DNA of 64,000 nt from the NCBI GenBank assembly GCA_964016885.1, contig OZ024764.1:19902001-19966000 (forward strand), read 5' to 3'. This document shows, in pieces, positions 25,925 to 39,000 of this stretch; position 1 is the first letter of the stretch, and the number at the start of each line of letters is the position of its first letter. The DNA comes from Eledone cirrhosa. Lineage: Eukaryota. Below the pieces are notes generated by a model. The model saw nothing but the letters and a program-made list of their open reading frames with translations. It ran no database searches and was not told the origin of the DNA. The position numbers and the translations under genes are program-made.

Positions 25925-26040
25925 ATCAGATATAAAAGTATAAAAAAATCAGATATAAAAGTATAAAAAAATCTGATATAAAAGTATAAAAAAATCTGAT
26001 ATAAAAGTATAAAAAAATCAGATATAAAAGTATAAAAAAA
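25925..26040 (+). repeat. 23-bp sub-repeat expansion (ATCAGATATAAAAGTATAAAAAA x5) within satellite A
   Basis: Five tandem copies, two of them the ATCTGA variant. Other monomers carry 1-3 copies. Confidence 0.85.
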
Positions 26041-29000
26041 ATTAATATGCGTTTTTCAAATTGCGTTTTTCGAAATATTAACTTCTGATTTCGAAAACTG
26101 ATTTTTTTAGGTTTTTGGAAAGAAATTTAATCTGCAAAATTTGAAACCAGAAAGTAAATATTTCTAAAGATTTGTAAAAGCATTAATTTTTTAAGTTTTT
26201 TTTAGATTTCGAAACATGCAAAAAATCAGAAAAACGTAAAAAGATTAATGCGGAAGTATATATTTCGACTATGAACTCTTTTTCGAAAAAACTAAAAAAA
26301 TTTGATTATATAAGGTTTTCGAAAGACCTAAAAAAATCAATATTTGAAATCAGATATAAAAGTATAAAAAAATCAGATATAAAAGTATAAAAAAATTGAT
26401 TATATAAGGTTTTCGAAAAACCTAAAAAAATCAATATTTGAAATCGGATATAAATATTTCTAAAAGTATAAAAAAATCGATTATATAAGGTTTTCGAAAA
26501 AAAATTAATATGCGTTTTCCAAATTGCTTTTTTCGAAATATTAACTTCTGATTTCGAAAACTGATTTTTTTAGGTTTTTCGAAAAAAATTTAATCTACAA
26601 AATTTGAAACCAGAAAGTAAATATTTCGAAAGATTTGTAAAAGCATTAAATTTTTACGTTTTTTTTAGATTTCGAAATATGCAAAAAATCAGAATAACGT
26701 AAAAAGATTAATGCAGAAGTATATATTTCGAAAAACCTAAAAAAAATTGATTATATAAGGTTCCGAAAAACCTAAAAAAATCAATATTTGAAATCAGATA
26801 TAAATATTTTTAAAAGTATAAAAAAATTGATTATATAAAGTTTTCGAAAAAAAATTAATATGTGTTTTTCAAATTGCGTTTTTCAAATTGCGTTTTTCGA
26901 AGTATTAACTTCTGATTTCGAAAACTGATTTTTTTAGGTTTTTCGAAAAAAGTTTAATCTACAAAATTTGAAACCAGGAAGTAGATATTTCGAAAGATTT
27001 GTAAAAGCATTAATTTGTTACGTTTTTTTTAGATTTACATGCAAAAAAACCGAAAAACGTAAAAAGATTAATGCAGAAGTATATATGAACTCTTTTTCGA
27101 AAAACATAAAAAAAATTAATTATATAAGGTTTTCGAAAAACCTAAAAAAAATCAATATTTCGAAATATTAACTTCTGATTTCGAAAACTGATTTTTTAGG
27201 TTTTTCGAAAAAAATTTAATCTGCAAAATTTGAAACCAGAAAGTAAATATTTCTAAAGATTTGTAAAAGCATTAATTTTTTACGTTTTTTTTAGATTTCG
27301 AAACATGCAAAAAATCAGAAAAACGTAAAAAGATTAATGCGGAAGTATATATTTCGACTATGAACTCTTTTTCGAAAAAACTAAAAAAAATTGATTATAT
27401 AAGGTTTTCGAAAAACCTAAAAAAATCAATATTTGAAATCAGATATAAAAGTATAAAAAAATTGATTATATAAGGTTTTCGAAAAACCTAAAAAAATCAA
27501 TATTTGAAATCGGATATAAATATTTCTAAAAGTATAAAAAAATCGATTATATAAGGTTTTCGAAAAAAAATTAATATGCGTTTTCCAAATTGCATTTTCC
27601 GAAATATTAACTTCTGATTTCGAAAACTGATTTTTTTAGGTTTTTCGAAAAAAATTTAATCTGCAAAATTTGAAACCAGAAAGTAAATATTTCGAAAGAT
27701 TTGTAAAAGCATTAAATTTTTACGTTTTTTTTAGATTTCGATATATGCAAAAAATCAGAATAACGTAAAAAGATTAATGCAGAAGTATATATTTCGAAAC
27801 ACCTAAAAAAAATTGATTATATAAGGTTCCGAAAAACCTAAAAAAATCAATATTTGAAATCAGATATAAATATTTTTAAAAGTATAAAAAAATTGATTAT
27901 ATAAAGTTTTCGAAAAAAAATTAATATGTGTTTTTCAAATTGCGTTTTTCGAAGTATTAACTTCTGATTTCGAAAACTGATTTTTTTAGGTTTTTCGAAA
28001 AAAGTTTAATCTGCAAAATTTGAAACCAGAAAGTAAATATTTCTAAAGATTTGTAAAAGCATTAATTTTTTACGTTTTTTTTAGATTTCGAAACATGCAA
28101 AAAATCTGAAAAACGTAAAAAGATTAATACAGAAGTATATATTTCGACTATGACTCACAGTCATTCTTTTTTCGAAAAACCTAAAAAAAATTGATTATTT
28201 ATATAATCAATTTTTTCGAAAAACCTAAAAAATCAATATTTGAAATAAGATATAAATATTTCTAAAAGTATAAAAAAATTGATTATTTGTAAAATCAATT
28301 TTTTACGTTTTTTTTAGATTTCGAAATATGCAAATCAGAATAACGTAAAAAGATTAATGCAGAAGTATATATTTCGAAAAACCTAAAAAAAATTGATTAT
28401 ATAAGGTTCCGAAAAACCTAAAAAAATCAATATTTGAAATCAGATATAAATATTTTTAAAAGTATAAAAAAATTGATTATATAAAGTTTTCGAAAAAAAA
28501 TTAATATGTGTTTTTCAAATTGCGTTTTTCAAATTGCGTTTTTCGAAATATTAACTTCTGATTTCCAAAACTGATTTTTTTAGGTTTTTCGAAAAAAGTT
28601 TAATCTGCAAAATTTGAAACCAGGAAGTAGATATTTCGAAAGATTTGTAAAAGCATTAATTTGTTACGTTTTTTTTAGATTTACATGCAAAAAAACCGAA
28701 AAACGTAAAAAGATTAATGCAGAAGTATATATGAACTCTTTTTCGAAAAACCTAAAAAAAATTAATTATATAAGGTTTTCGAAAAACCTAAAAAAAATCA
28801 ATATTTCGAAATATTAACTTCTGATTTCGAAAACTGATTTTTTAGGTTTTTCGAAAAAAATTTAATCTGCAAAATTTGAAACCAGAAAGTAAATATTTCT
28901 AAAGATTTGTAAAAGCATTAATTTTTTACGGTTTTTTTAAATTTCGAAACATGCAAAAAATCAGAAAAACGTAAAAAGATTAATGCGGAAGTATATATTT

Positions 29001-29910
29001 CGACTATGAACTCTTTTTCGAAAAAACTAAAAAAATTTGATTATATAAGGTTTTCGAAAGACCTAAAAAAATCAATATTTGAAATCAGATATAAAAGTAT
29101 AAAAAAATCAGATATAAAAGTATTAAAAAATTGATTATATAAGGTTTTCGAAAAACCTAAAAAAATCAATATTTGAAATCGGATATAAATATTTCTAAAA
29201 GTATAAAAAAATCGATTATATAAGGTTTTCGAAAAAAAATTAATATGCGTTTTCCAAATTGCATTTTCCGAAATATTAACTTCTCATTTCAAAAAATGAT
29301 TTTTTTAGGTTTTTCGAAAAAAATTTAATCTGCAAAATTTGAAACCAGAAAGTAAATATTTCTAAAGATTTGTAAAAGCATTAAATTTTTACATTTTTTT
29401 TAGATTTCGAAATATGCAAAACATCAGAATAACGTAAAAAGATTAATGCAGAAGTATATATTTCGAAAAAACTAAAAAAAATTGATTATATAAGGTTTCG
29501 AAAAACCTAAAAAAATCAATATTTGAAATCAGATATAAATATTTTTAAAAGTATAAAAAAATTGATTATATAAAGTTTTCGAAAAAAAATTAATATGTGT
29601 TTTTCAAATTGCGTTTTTCAGATTGTGTTTTTCGAAGTATTAACTTCTGATTTCGAAAACTGATTTTTTTAGGTTTTTCGAAAAGAGTTTAATCTGCAAA
29701 ATTTGAAACCAGGAAGTAGATATTTCGAAAGATTTGTAAAAGCATTAATTTGTTACGTTTTTTTTAGATTTCGAAACATGCAAAAAATCAGAAAGACGTA
29801 AAAAGATTAATGCGGAAGTATATATTTCGACTATGAACTCTTTTTAGAAAAAACTAAAAAAAATTGATTATATAAAGTTTTCGAAAAACCTAAAAAAATC
29901 AATATTTGAA

Positions 29911-30027
29911 ATCAGATATAAAAGTATAAAAAAATCAGATATAAAAGTATAAAAAAATCTGATATAAAAGTATAAAAAAATCTGATATAAAAGTATAAAA
30001 AAATCAGATATAAAAGTATAAAAAAAA
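29911..30027 (+). repeat. Second copy of the 5x 23-bp sub-repeat expansion
   Basis: Same five-copy pattern with the same ATCTGA variants as 25925-26040, so it was duplicated after the expansion. Confidence 0.85.
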
Positions 30028-33000
30028 TTAATATGCGTTTTTCAAATTGCGTTTTTCGAAATATTAACTTCTGATTTCGAAAACTGATTTTTTTAGGTTT
30101 TTGGAAAGAAATTTAATCTGCAAAATTTGAAACCAGAAAGTAAATATTTCTAAAGATTTGTAAAAGCATTAATTTTTTAAGTTTTTTTTAGATTTCGAAA
30201 CATGCAAAAAATCAGAAAAACGTAAAAAGATTAATGCAGAAGTATATATGAACTCTTTTTCGAAAAACCTAAAAAAAATTAATTATATAAGGTTTTCGAA
30301 AAACCTAAAAAAAAATCAATATTTCGAAATATTAACTTCTGATTTCGAAAACTGATTTTTTAGGTTTTTCGAAAAAAGTTTAATCTGCAAAATTTGAAAC
30401 CAGGAAGTAGATATTTCGAAAGATTTGTAAAAGCATTAATTTGTTAGGTTTTTTTTAGATTTACATGCAAAAAAACCGAAAAACGTAAAAAGATTAATGC
30501 AGAAGTATATATGAACTCTTTTTCGAAAAACCTAAAAAAAATTAATTATATAAGGTTTTCGAAAAACCTAAAAAAAATCAATATTTCGAAATATTAACTT
30601 CTGATTTCGAAAACTGATTTTTTAGGTTTTTCGAAAAAAATTTAATCTGCAAAATTTGAAACCAGAAAGTAAATATTTCTAAAGATTTGTAAAAGCATTA
30701 ATTTTTTACGGTCTTTTTAGATTTCGAAACATGCAAAAAATCAGAAAAACGTAAAAAGATTAATGCGGAAGTATATATTTCGACTATGAACTCTTTTTCG
30801 AAAAAACTAAAAAAATTTGATTATATAAGGTTTTCGAAAGACCTAAAAAAATCAATATTTGAAATCAGATATAAAAGTATAAAAAAATCAGATATAAAAG
30901 TATTAAAAAATTGATTATATAAGGTTTTCGAAAAACCTAAAAAAATCAATATTTGAAATCGGATATAAATATTTCTAAAAGTATAAAAAAATCGATTATA
31001 TAAGGTTTTCGAAAAAAAATTAATATGCGTTTTCCAAATTGCATTTTCCGAAATATTAACTTCTCATTTCAAAAAATGATTTTTTTAGGTTTTTCGAAAA
31101 AAATTTAATCTGCAAAATTTGAAACCAGAAAGTAAATATTTCGAAAGATTTGTAAAAGCATTAAATTTTTACATTTTTTTTAGATTTCGAAATATGCAAA
31201 ACATCAGAATAACGTAAAAAGATTAATACAGAAGTATATATTTCGAAAAAACTAAAAAAAATTGATTATATAAGGTTCCGAAAAACCTAAAAAAATCAAT
31301 ATTTGAAATCAGATATAAATATTTTTAAAAGTATAAAAAAATTGATTATATAAAGTTTTCGAAAAAAAATTAATATGTGTTTTTCAAATTGCGTTTTTCA
31401 AATTGCGTTTTTCGAAGTATTAACTTCTGATTTCGAAAACTGATTTTTTTAGGTTTTTCGAAAAAAGTTTAATCTGCAAAATTTGAAACCAGGAAGTAGA
31501 TATTTCGAAAGATTTGTAAAAGCATTAATTTGTTACGTTTTTTTTAGATTTACATGCAAAAAAACCGAAAAACGTAAAAAGATTAATGCAGAAGTATATA
31601 TGAACTCTTTTTCGAAAAACCTAAAAAAAATTAATTATATAAGGTTTTCGAAAAACCTAAAAAAAATCAATATTTCGAAATATTAACTTCTGATTTCGAA
31701 AACTGATTTTTTAGGTTTTTCGAAAAAAATTTAATCTGCAAAATTTGAAACCAGAAAGTAAATATTTCTAAAGATTTGTAAAAGCATTAATTTTTTACGT
31801 TTTTGTTAGATTTCGAAACATGCAAAAAATCAGAAAAACGTAAAAAGATTAATGCGGAAGTATATATTTCGACTATGAACTCTTTTTCGAAAAAACTAAA
31901 AAAAATTGATTATATAAGGTTTTCGAAAAACCTAAAAAAATCAATATTTGAAATCAGATATAAAAGTATAAAAAAATTGATTATATAAGGTTTTCGAAAA
32001 ACCTAAAAAAATCAATATTTGAAATTAGATATAAAAGTATAAAAAAATCAGATATAAAAGTATAAAAAAATTGATTATATAAGGTTTTCGAAAAACCTAA
32101 AAAAATCAATATTTGAAATCGGATATAAATATTTCTAAAAGTATAAAAAAAATCGATTATATAAGGTTTTCGAAAAAAAATTAATATGCGTTTTCCAAAT
32201 TGCATTTTCCGAAATATTAACTTCTGATTTCGAAAACTGATTTTTTTAGGTTTTTCTAAAAAAATTTAATCTACAAAATTTGAAACCAGAAAGTAAATAT
32301 TTCGAAAGATTTGTAAAAGCATTAAATTTTTACGTTTTTTTTAGATTTCGAAATATGCAAAAAATCAGAATAACGTAAAAAGATTAATGCAGAAGTATAT
32401 ATTTCGAAAAACCTAAAAAAAATTGATTATATAAGGTTCCGAAAAACCTAAAAAAATCAATATTTGAAATCAGATATAAATATTTTTAAAAGTATAAAAA
32501 AATTGATTATATAAAGTTTTCGAAAAAAAATTAATATGTGTTTTTCAAATTGCGTTTTTCAAATTGCGTTTTTCGAAGTATTAACTTCTGATTTCGAAAA
32601 CTGATTTTTTTAGGTTTTTCGAAAAAAGTTTAATCTGCAAAATTTGAAACCAGGAAGTAGATATTTCGAAAGATTTGTAAAAGCATTAATTTGTTACGTT
32701 TTTTTTAGATTTACATGCAAAAAAACCGAAAAACGTAAAAAGATTAATGCAGAAGTATATATGAACTCTTTTTCGAAAAACATAAAAAAAATTAATTATA
32801 TAAGGTTTTCGAAAAACCTAAAAAAAATCAATATTTCGAAATATTAACTTCTGATTTCGAAAACTGATCTTTTAGGTTTTTCGAAAAAAATTTAATCTGC
32901 AAAATTTGAAACCAGAAAGTAAATATTTCTAAAGATTTGTAAAAGCATTAATTTTTTACGTTTTTGTTAGATTTCGAAACATGCAAAAAATCAGAAAAAC

Positions 33001-36000
33001 GTAAAAAGATTAATGCGGAAGTATATATTTCGACTATGAACTCTTTTTCGAAAAAACTAAAAAAAATTGATTATATAAGGTTTTCGAAAAACCTAAAAAA
33101 TCAATATTTCGAAATATTAACTTCTGATTTCGAAAACTGATTTTTTTAGGTTTTTCGAAAAAAATTTAATCTGCAAAATTTGAAACTAGAAAGTAGATAT
33201 TTCCAAAGTTTTGTAAAAGCATTAATTTTTTACGTTTTTTTTAGATTTCGAAACATGCAAAAAATCAGAAAAACGTAAAAAGATTAATGCGTAAGTATAT
33301 ATTTCGACTATGAACTCTTTTTCGAAAAGAATTGATTATATAAGGTTTTCGAAAAACCTAAAAAAATCAATATTTGAAATTAGATATAAAAGTATAAAAA
33401 AATCAGATATAAAAGTATAAAAAAATTGATTATATAAGGTTTTCGAAAAAAAATTAATATGCGTTTTTCAAATTGCGTTTTTCGAAATATTAACTTCTGA
33501 TTTCGAAAACTGATTTTTTTAGGTTTTTCGAAAAAAGTTTAATCTGCAAAATTTGAAACCAGAAAGTAAATATTTCTAAAGATTTGTAAAAGCATTAATT
33601 TTTTACGTTTTTGTTAGATTTCGAAACATGCAAAAAATCAGAAAAACGTAAAAAGATTAATGCGGAAGTATATATTTCGACTTTGAACTCTTTTTCGAAA
33701 AAACTAAAAAAAATTGATTATATAAGGTTTTCGAAAAACCTAAAAAATCAATATTTCGAAATATTAACTTCTGATTTCTAAAACTGATTTTTTTAGGTTT
33801 TTCGAAAAAAATTTAATCTGCAAAATTTGAAACTAGAAAGTAGATATTTCCAAAGTTTTGTAAAAGCATTAATTTTTTACGTTTTTTTTAGATTTCGAAA
33901 CATGCAAAAAATCAGAAAAACGTAAAAAGATTAATGCGTAAGTATATATTTCGACTATGAACTCTTTTTCGAAAAGAATTGATTATATAAGGTTTTCGAA
34001 AAACCTAAAAAAATCAATATTTGAAATCAGATATAAAAGTATAAAAAAATCAGATATAAAAGTATAAAAAAATTGATTATATAAGGTTTTCGAAAAAAAA
34101 TTAATATGCGTTTTTCAAATTGCGTTTTTCGAAATATTAACTTCTGATTTCGAAAACTGATTTTTTTAGGTTTTTCGAAAAAAGTTTAATCTACAAAATT
34201 TGAAACCAGGAAGTAGATATTTCGAAAGATTTGTAAAAGCATTAATTTGTTACGTTTTTTTCAGATTTACATGCAAAAAATTAGAAAAACGTAAAAAGAT
34301 TAATGCAGAAGTATATATGAACTCTTTTTCGAAAAAACTAAAAAAAATTGATTATATAAGGTTTTCGAAAAACCTAAAAAAATCAATATTTGAAATCAGA
34401 TATAAAAGTATAAAAAAATCAGATATAAAAGTATAAAAAAAATTGATTATATAAGGTTTTCGAAAAACCTAAAAAAATCAATATTTGAAATCAGATATAA
34501 ATATTTCTAAAAGTATAAAAAAATCGATTATATAAGGTTTTCGAAAAAAAATTAATATGCGTTTTTCAAATTGCATTTTTCGAAATATTAACTTCTGATT
34601 TCGAAAACTGATTTTTTTAGGTTTTTCGGAAAAAAATTTAATCTGCAAAATTTGAAACCAGAAAGTAAATATTTCGAAAGATTTGTAAAAGCATTAAATT
34701 TTTACGTTTTTTTTAGATTTCGAAATATGCAAAAAATCAGAATAACGTAAAAAGATTAATGCAGAACTATATATTTCGAAAAACCTAAAAAAAATTGATT
34801 ATATTAGGTTCCGAAAAACCTAAAAAAATCAATATTTGAAATCAGATATAAATCTTTTTAAAAGTATAAAAAAATTGATTATATAAAGTTTCCGAAAAAA
34901 AATTAATATGCGTTTTTCAAATTGCGTTTTTCGAAATATTAACTTCTGATTTCGAAAACTGATTTTTTTAGGTTTTCCAAAAAAAGTTGAAACTGCAAAA
35001 TTTGAAACCAGAAAGTAAATATTTCGAAAGATTTGTAAAAGCATTAAATTTTTACGTTTTTTTTAGATTTCGAAACATGCAAAAAATCAGAAAAACGTAA
35101 AAAGATTAATGCGGAAGTATATATTTCGACTATGAACACTTTTTCGAAAAAACTAAAAAAAATTGATTAAAAAAATCAATATTTGAAATCAGATATAAAA
35201 GTATAAAAAAATCAGATATAAAAGTATAAAAAAATTGATTATATAAGGTTTTCGAAAAACCTAAAAAAAATCAATATTTGAAATCAGATATAAATATTTC
35301 TAAAAGTATAAAAAAATTGATTATATAAGGTTTTCCAAAAAAAATTAATATGCGTTTTTCAAGTTGCGTTTTTAGAATATTAACTTCTGATTTCGAAACC
35401 TGATTTTTCTAATTTTTTCGAAAAAAATTTAATCTACAAAATTTGAAACCAGAACGTAGAGATTTCTAAAGATTTGTAAAAGCATTAATTCTTTACGTTT
35501 TCTTTTAGATTTCGAAACATGCAAAAAATCAGAAAAACGTAAAAAGATTAATGCAGAAGTATATATTTCGACTATGAACTCACATTCATTCTTTTTCGAA
35601 AAACCTAAAAAAAAATTGACTATATAAGGTTTTCGAAAAACCTAAAAAAATCAATATTTAAAATCAGATATAATTATTTCTAAAAGTATAAAAAAATTGA
35701 TTATATAATGTTTTCGAAATAAAATTAATATGCGTTTTTCAAGTTGCGTTTTCGAAATATTAACTTCTGATTTCGAAAACTGATTTTTTTAGGTTTTTCG
35801 AAAAAAATTTAATCTGCAAAATTTGAAACCAGAAAGTAGATATTTCGAAAGATTTGTAAAAGCATTAATTCTTTACGTTTTTTTTAGATTTCGAAACATG
35901 CAAAAAATCAGAAAAACGTAAATTCGAAAAACCTAAAAAAAAATTGATTATGAAAAAAAATGCATTTTCGAAACACCTAAAAAAATTAATATTTGAAATC

Positions 36001-36078
36001 AGATATAAATATTTCTAAAAGTATAAAAAAAATTGATTATATAAGGTTTTCGAAAAAAAATTAATATGAATTTTTCAA

Positions 36079-39000
36079 AAGGCATTTTTGAAGTAAATGA
36101 TTTCAAAAATGCCTTCAATTTGTAAAAGAAATCAATCTATGAACGCAGATTGACAGAAAAACGTAAAAAAAGTAAATCGTAAATCGTAAGATTGACTTTT
36201 AACAGAAAAACGTAAAAAATAAAGGGAAAAGTAAATCGTAAAATGCAATAAAATCAATTTACAATATGATTTTTTACACCTTAGTAAATATTTCGAAAAA
36301 TGTAAAAATATGACTTTAACAAAAAACGTAAAAATACAAAAAACGTAATCAATGTATAAACGCATTCATTTTCTGTAAATATTTCGCCAAATTTGAAATC
36401 AGAAAGTAAATATTTCGAAAGATTTCGAAAGTAATCATTTTGTGTTAAAAAATTGATTTCACCGACTGTAAAAATTTCGAAATCATTTTCGAAATACTGT
36501 GTAAAAAGATCAATTTGTGACGGAATATTGAATCTTCTTTGGGAGACCTAAAATAATCAATTTTTTTATACTTTTCGAAATATTTACTAAGGTTATATAA
36601 CCTTAGTAAATATTTCGAAAAGTATAAAAAAATTTTACATTTTTCGAAATATTTACTAAGGTGTAAAAAAATCAAATTGTCTGAAAATGAATCCGTTTAT
36701 ACATTGATTACGTTTTTTGTATTTTTATGTTTTTTATTAAAAAGTCATATTTTTACATTTTTCGAAATATTTACTAAGGTGTAAAACATTCAAATTGTAA
36801 ATTGATTTTATTGCTTTTACTTTTTTTACATTTTTCTATTAAAAGTCAATCTGCGTTCATAGACGATTTCTTTGAAGGCATTTTTGAAGTAAATGATTTT
36901 TGAAGTAAATGATTTCAAAAATGCCTTCAATTTGTAAAAGAAATCAATCTATGAACGCGGATTGACAGAAAAACGTAAAAAAAGTTAAGGGAAAAGTAAA
37001 TCGTAAAATGCAATAAAATCAATTTACAATTTGATTTTTTTACACCTTAGTAAATATTTCGAAAAATGTAAAAATATGACTAACAAAAAACGTAAAAATA
37101 CAAAAAACGTAATCAATGTATAAACGCATTCATTTTCTGTAAATATTTCGCCAAATTTGAAATCAGAAAGTAAATATTTCGAAAGATTTCGAAATTAATC
37201 ATTTTGTGTTCAAAAATTGATTTCACCGACAGTAAAAATTTCGAAATCATTTTCGAAATACTGTGTAAAAAGATCAAATTGTGAAGGAATATTGAATCTT
37301 CTTTGAGAGACCTAAAATAATCAATTTTTTTATACTTTTCGAAATATTTACTAAGGTTATATAACCTTAGTAAATATTTCGAAAAGTATAAAAAAATTTT
37401 ACATTTTTCGAAATATTTACTAAGGTGTAAAAAATCAAATTATTAAAATTTTACATTTTTCGAAATATTTACTAAGGTGTAAAAAAATCAAATTGTCAGA
37501 AAATGAATGCGTTTATACATTGATTACGTTTTTTGTATTTTTACGTTTTTTGTTAAAAAGTCATATTCTTACATTTTTCGAAATATTTTGATTTTTTTAC
37601 ACCTTAGTAATAAGGTGTAAAAAAATTAAATTGTAAATTGATTTTATTGCATTTTACGATTTACTTCTGCTTTTACTTTTTTTACGTTTTTCTATTAAAA
37701 GTCAATCTGGGTTCATAGACGATTTCTTTGAAGGCATTTTTGAAGTAAATAATTTCAAAAATGCCTTCAATTTGTAAAAGAAATCAATCTATGAACGCAG
37801 ATTGACTTTTAACAGAAAAACGTAAAAAAATAAAGGGAAAAGTAAATCGTAAAATGCAATAAAATCAATTTACATTTTGATTTTTTTACACCTTAGTAAA
37901 TATTTCGAAAAATGTAAAAATATGACTTTTTAACAAAAAACGTAAAAATACAATAAACGTAATCAAACGAATTCATTTTCTGTAAAAGCAGAAGTAAATA
38001 TTTCGCCAAATTTGAAATCAGAAAGTAAATATTTCGAAAGATTTCGAAAGTAATCATTTTGTGTTCAAAAAATGATTTAACCGACTGTAAAAATTTCGAA
38101 ATCCTTTTCGAAATACTGTGTAAAAAGGTCAATTTGTGAAGGAATATTGAATCTTCTTTGAGAGACCTAAAATAATCAATTTTTTTTATACTTTTCGAAA
38201 TATTTACTCAGGTTATATAACCTTACTAAATATTTCGAGAAGTATAAAAAAATTTTACATTTTTCGAAATATTTACTAAGGTGTAAAAAAATCAAATTGT
38301 CTGAAAATGAATCCGTTTATACATTGATTACGTTTTTTGTATTTTTACGTTTTTTGTTAAAAAGTCATATTTTTACATTTTTCGAAATATTTACTAAATT
38401 GTAAATTGATTTTATTGCTTTTACTTTTTCTACGTTTTTCTATTAAAAGTCAATCTGAGTTCATAGACGATTTCTTTGAAGGCATTTTTGAAGTAAATGA
38501 TTTTTGAAGTAAATGATTTCAAAAATGCCTTCAATTTGTAAAAGAAATCAATCTATGAACGCAGATTGACAGAAAAACGTAAAAAAAGTAAAGGGAAAAG
38601 TGAATCGTAAAATGCAATAAAATCAATTTACAATTTGATTTTTTTACACCTTAGTAAATATTTCGAAAAATGTAAAAATATGACTTTTTAACAAAAAACG
38701 TAAAAATACAAAAAACGTAATCAATGTATAAACGCATTCATTTTCTGTAAATATTTCGCCAAATTTGAAATCAGAAAGTAAATATTTCGAAAGATTTCGA
38801 AAGTAATCATTTTGTGTTCAAAAATTGATTTCACCGACTGTAAAAATTTCGAAATCATTTTCGAAATACTGTGTAAAAAAATCAATTTGTGAAGGAATAT
38901 TGAAGGAATATTTGAGAGACCTAAAATAATCAATTTTTTTATACTTTTCGAAATATTTACTAAGGTTATATAACCTTAGTAAATATTTCGAAGAGTATAA

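Larger units (their letters stand above)
14117..36080 (+). repeat. Satellite A array, right block, with mosaic higher-order structure
   Basis: Same monomer types and orientation as the left block. Marker-ORF spacings of 1065 (16016-17081, 20488-21553), 1090/1091, 1230/1231 and 2321/2322 bp show recurring multimers. Sequence becomes more diverged from ~33000 towards the boundary. Confidence 0.97.

Noticed and set aside
2771-34436. Repeated 60-78 aa ORFs (MKPGSRYFERF...) as a multicopy gene family
   Set aside because: They start at TTG, are K/F/I-rich translations of A/T tracts, lie within satellite monomers, and are broken by homopolymer frameshifts in equivalent copies. No recognisable domain is present.
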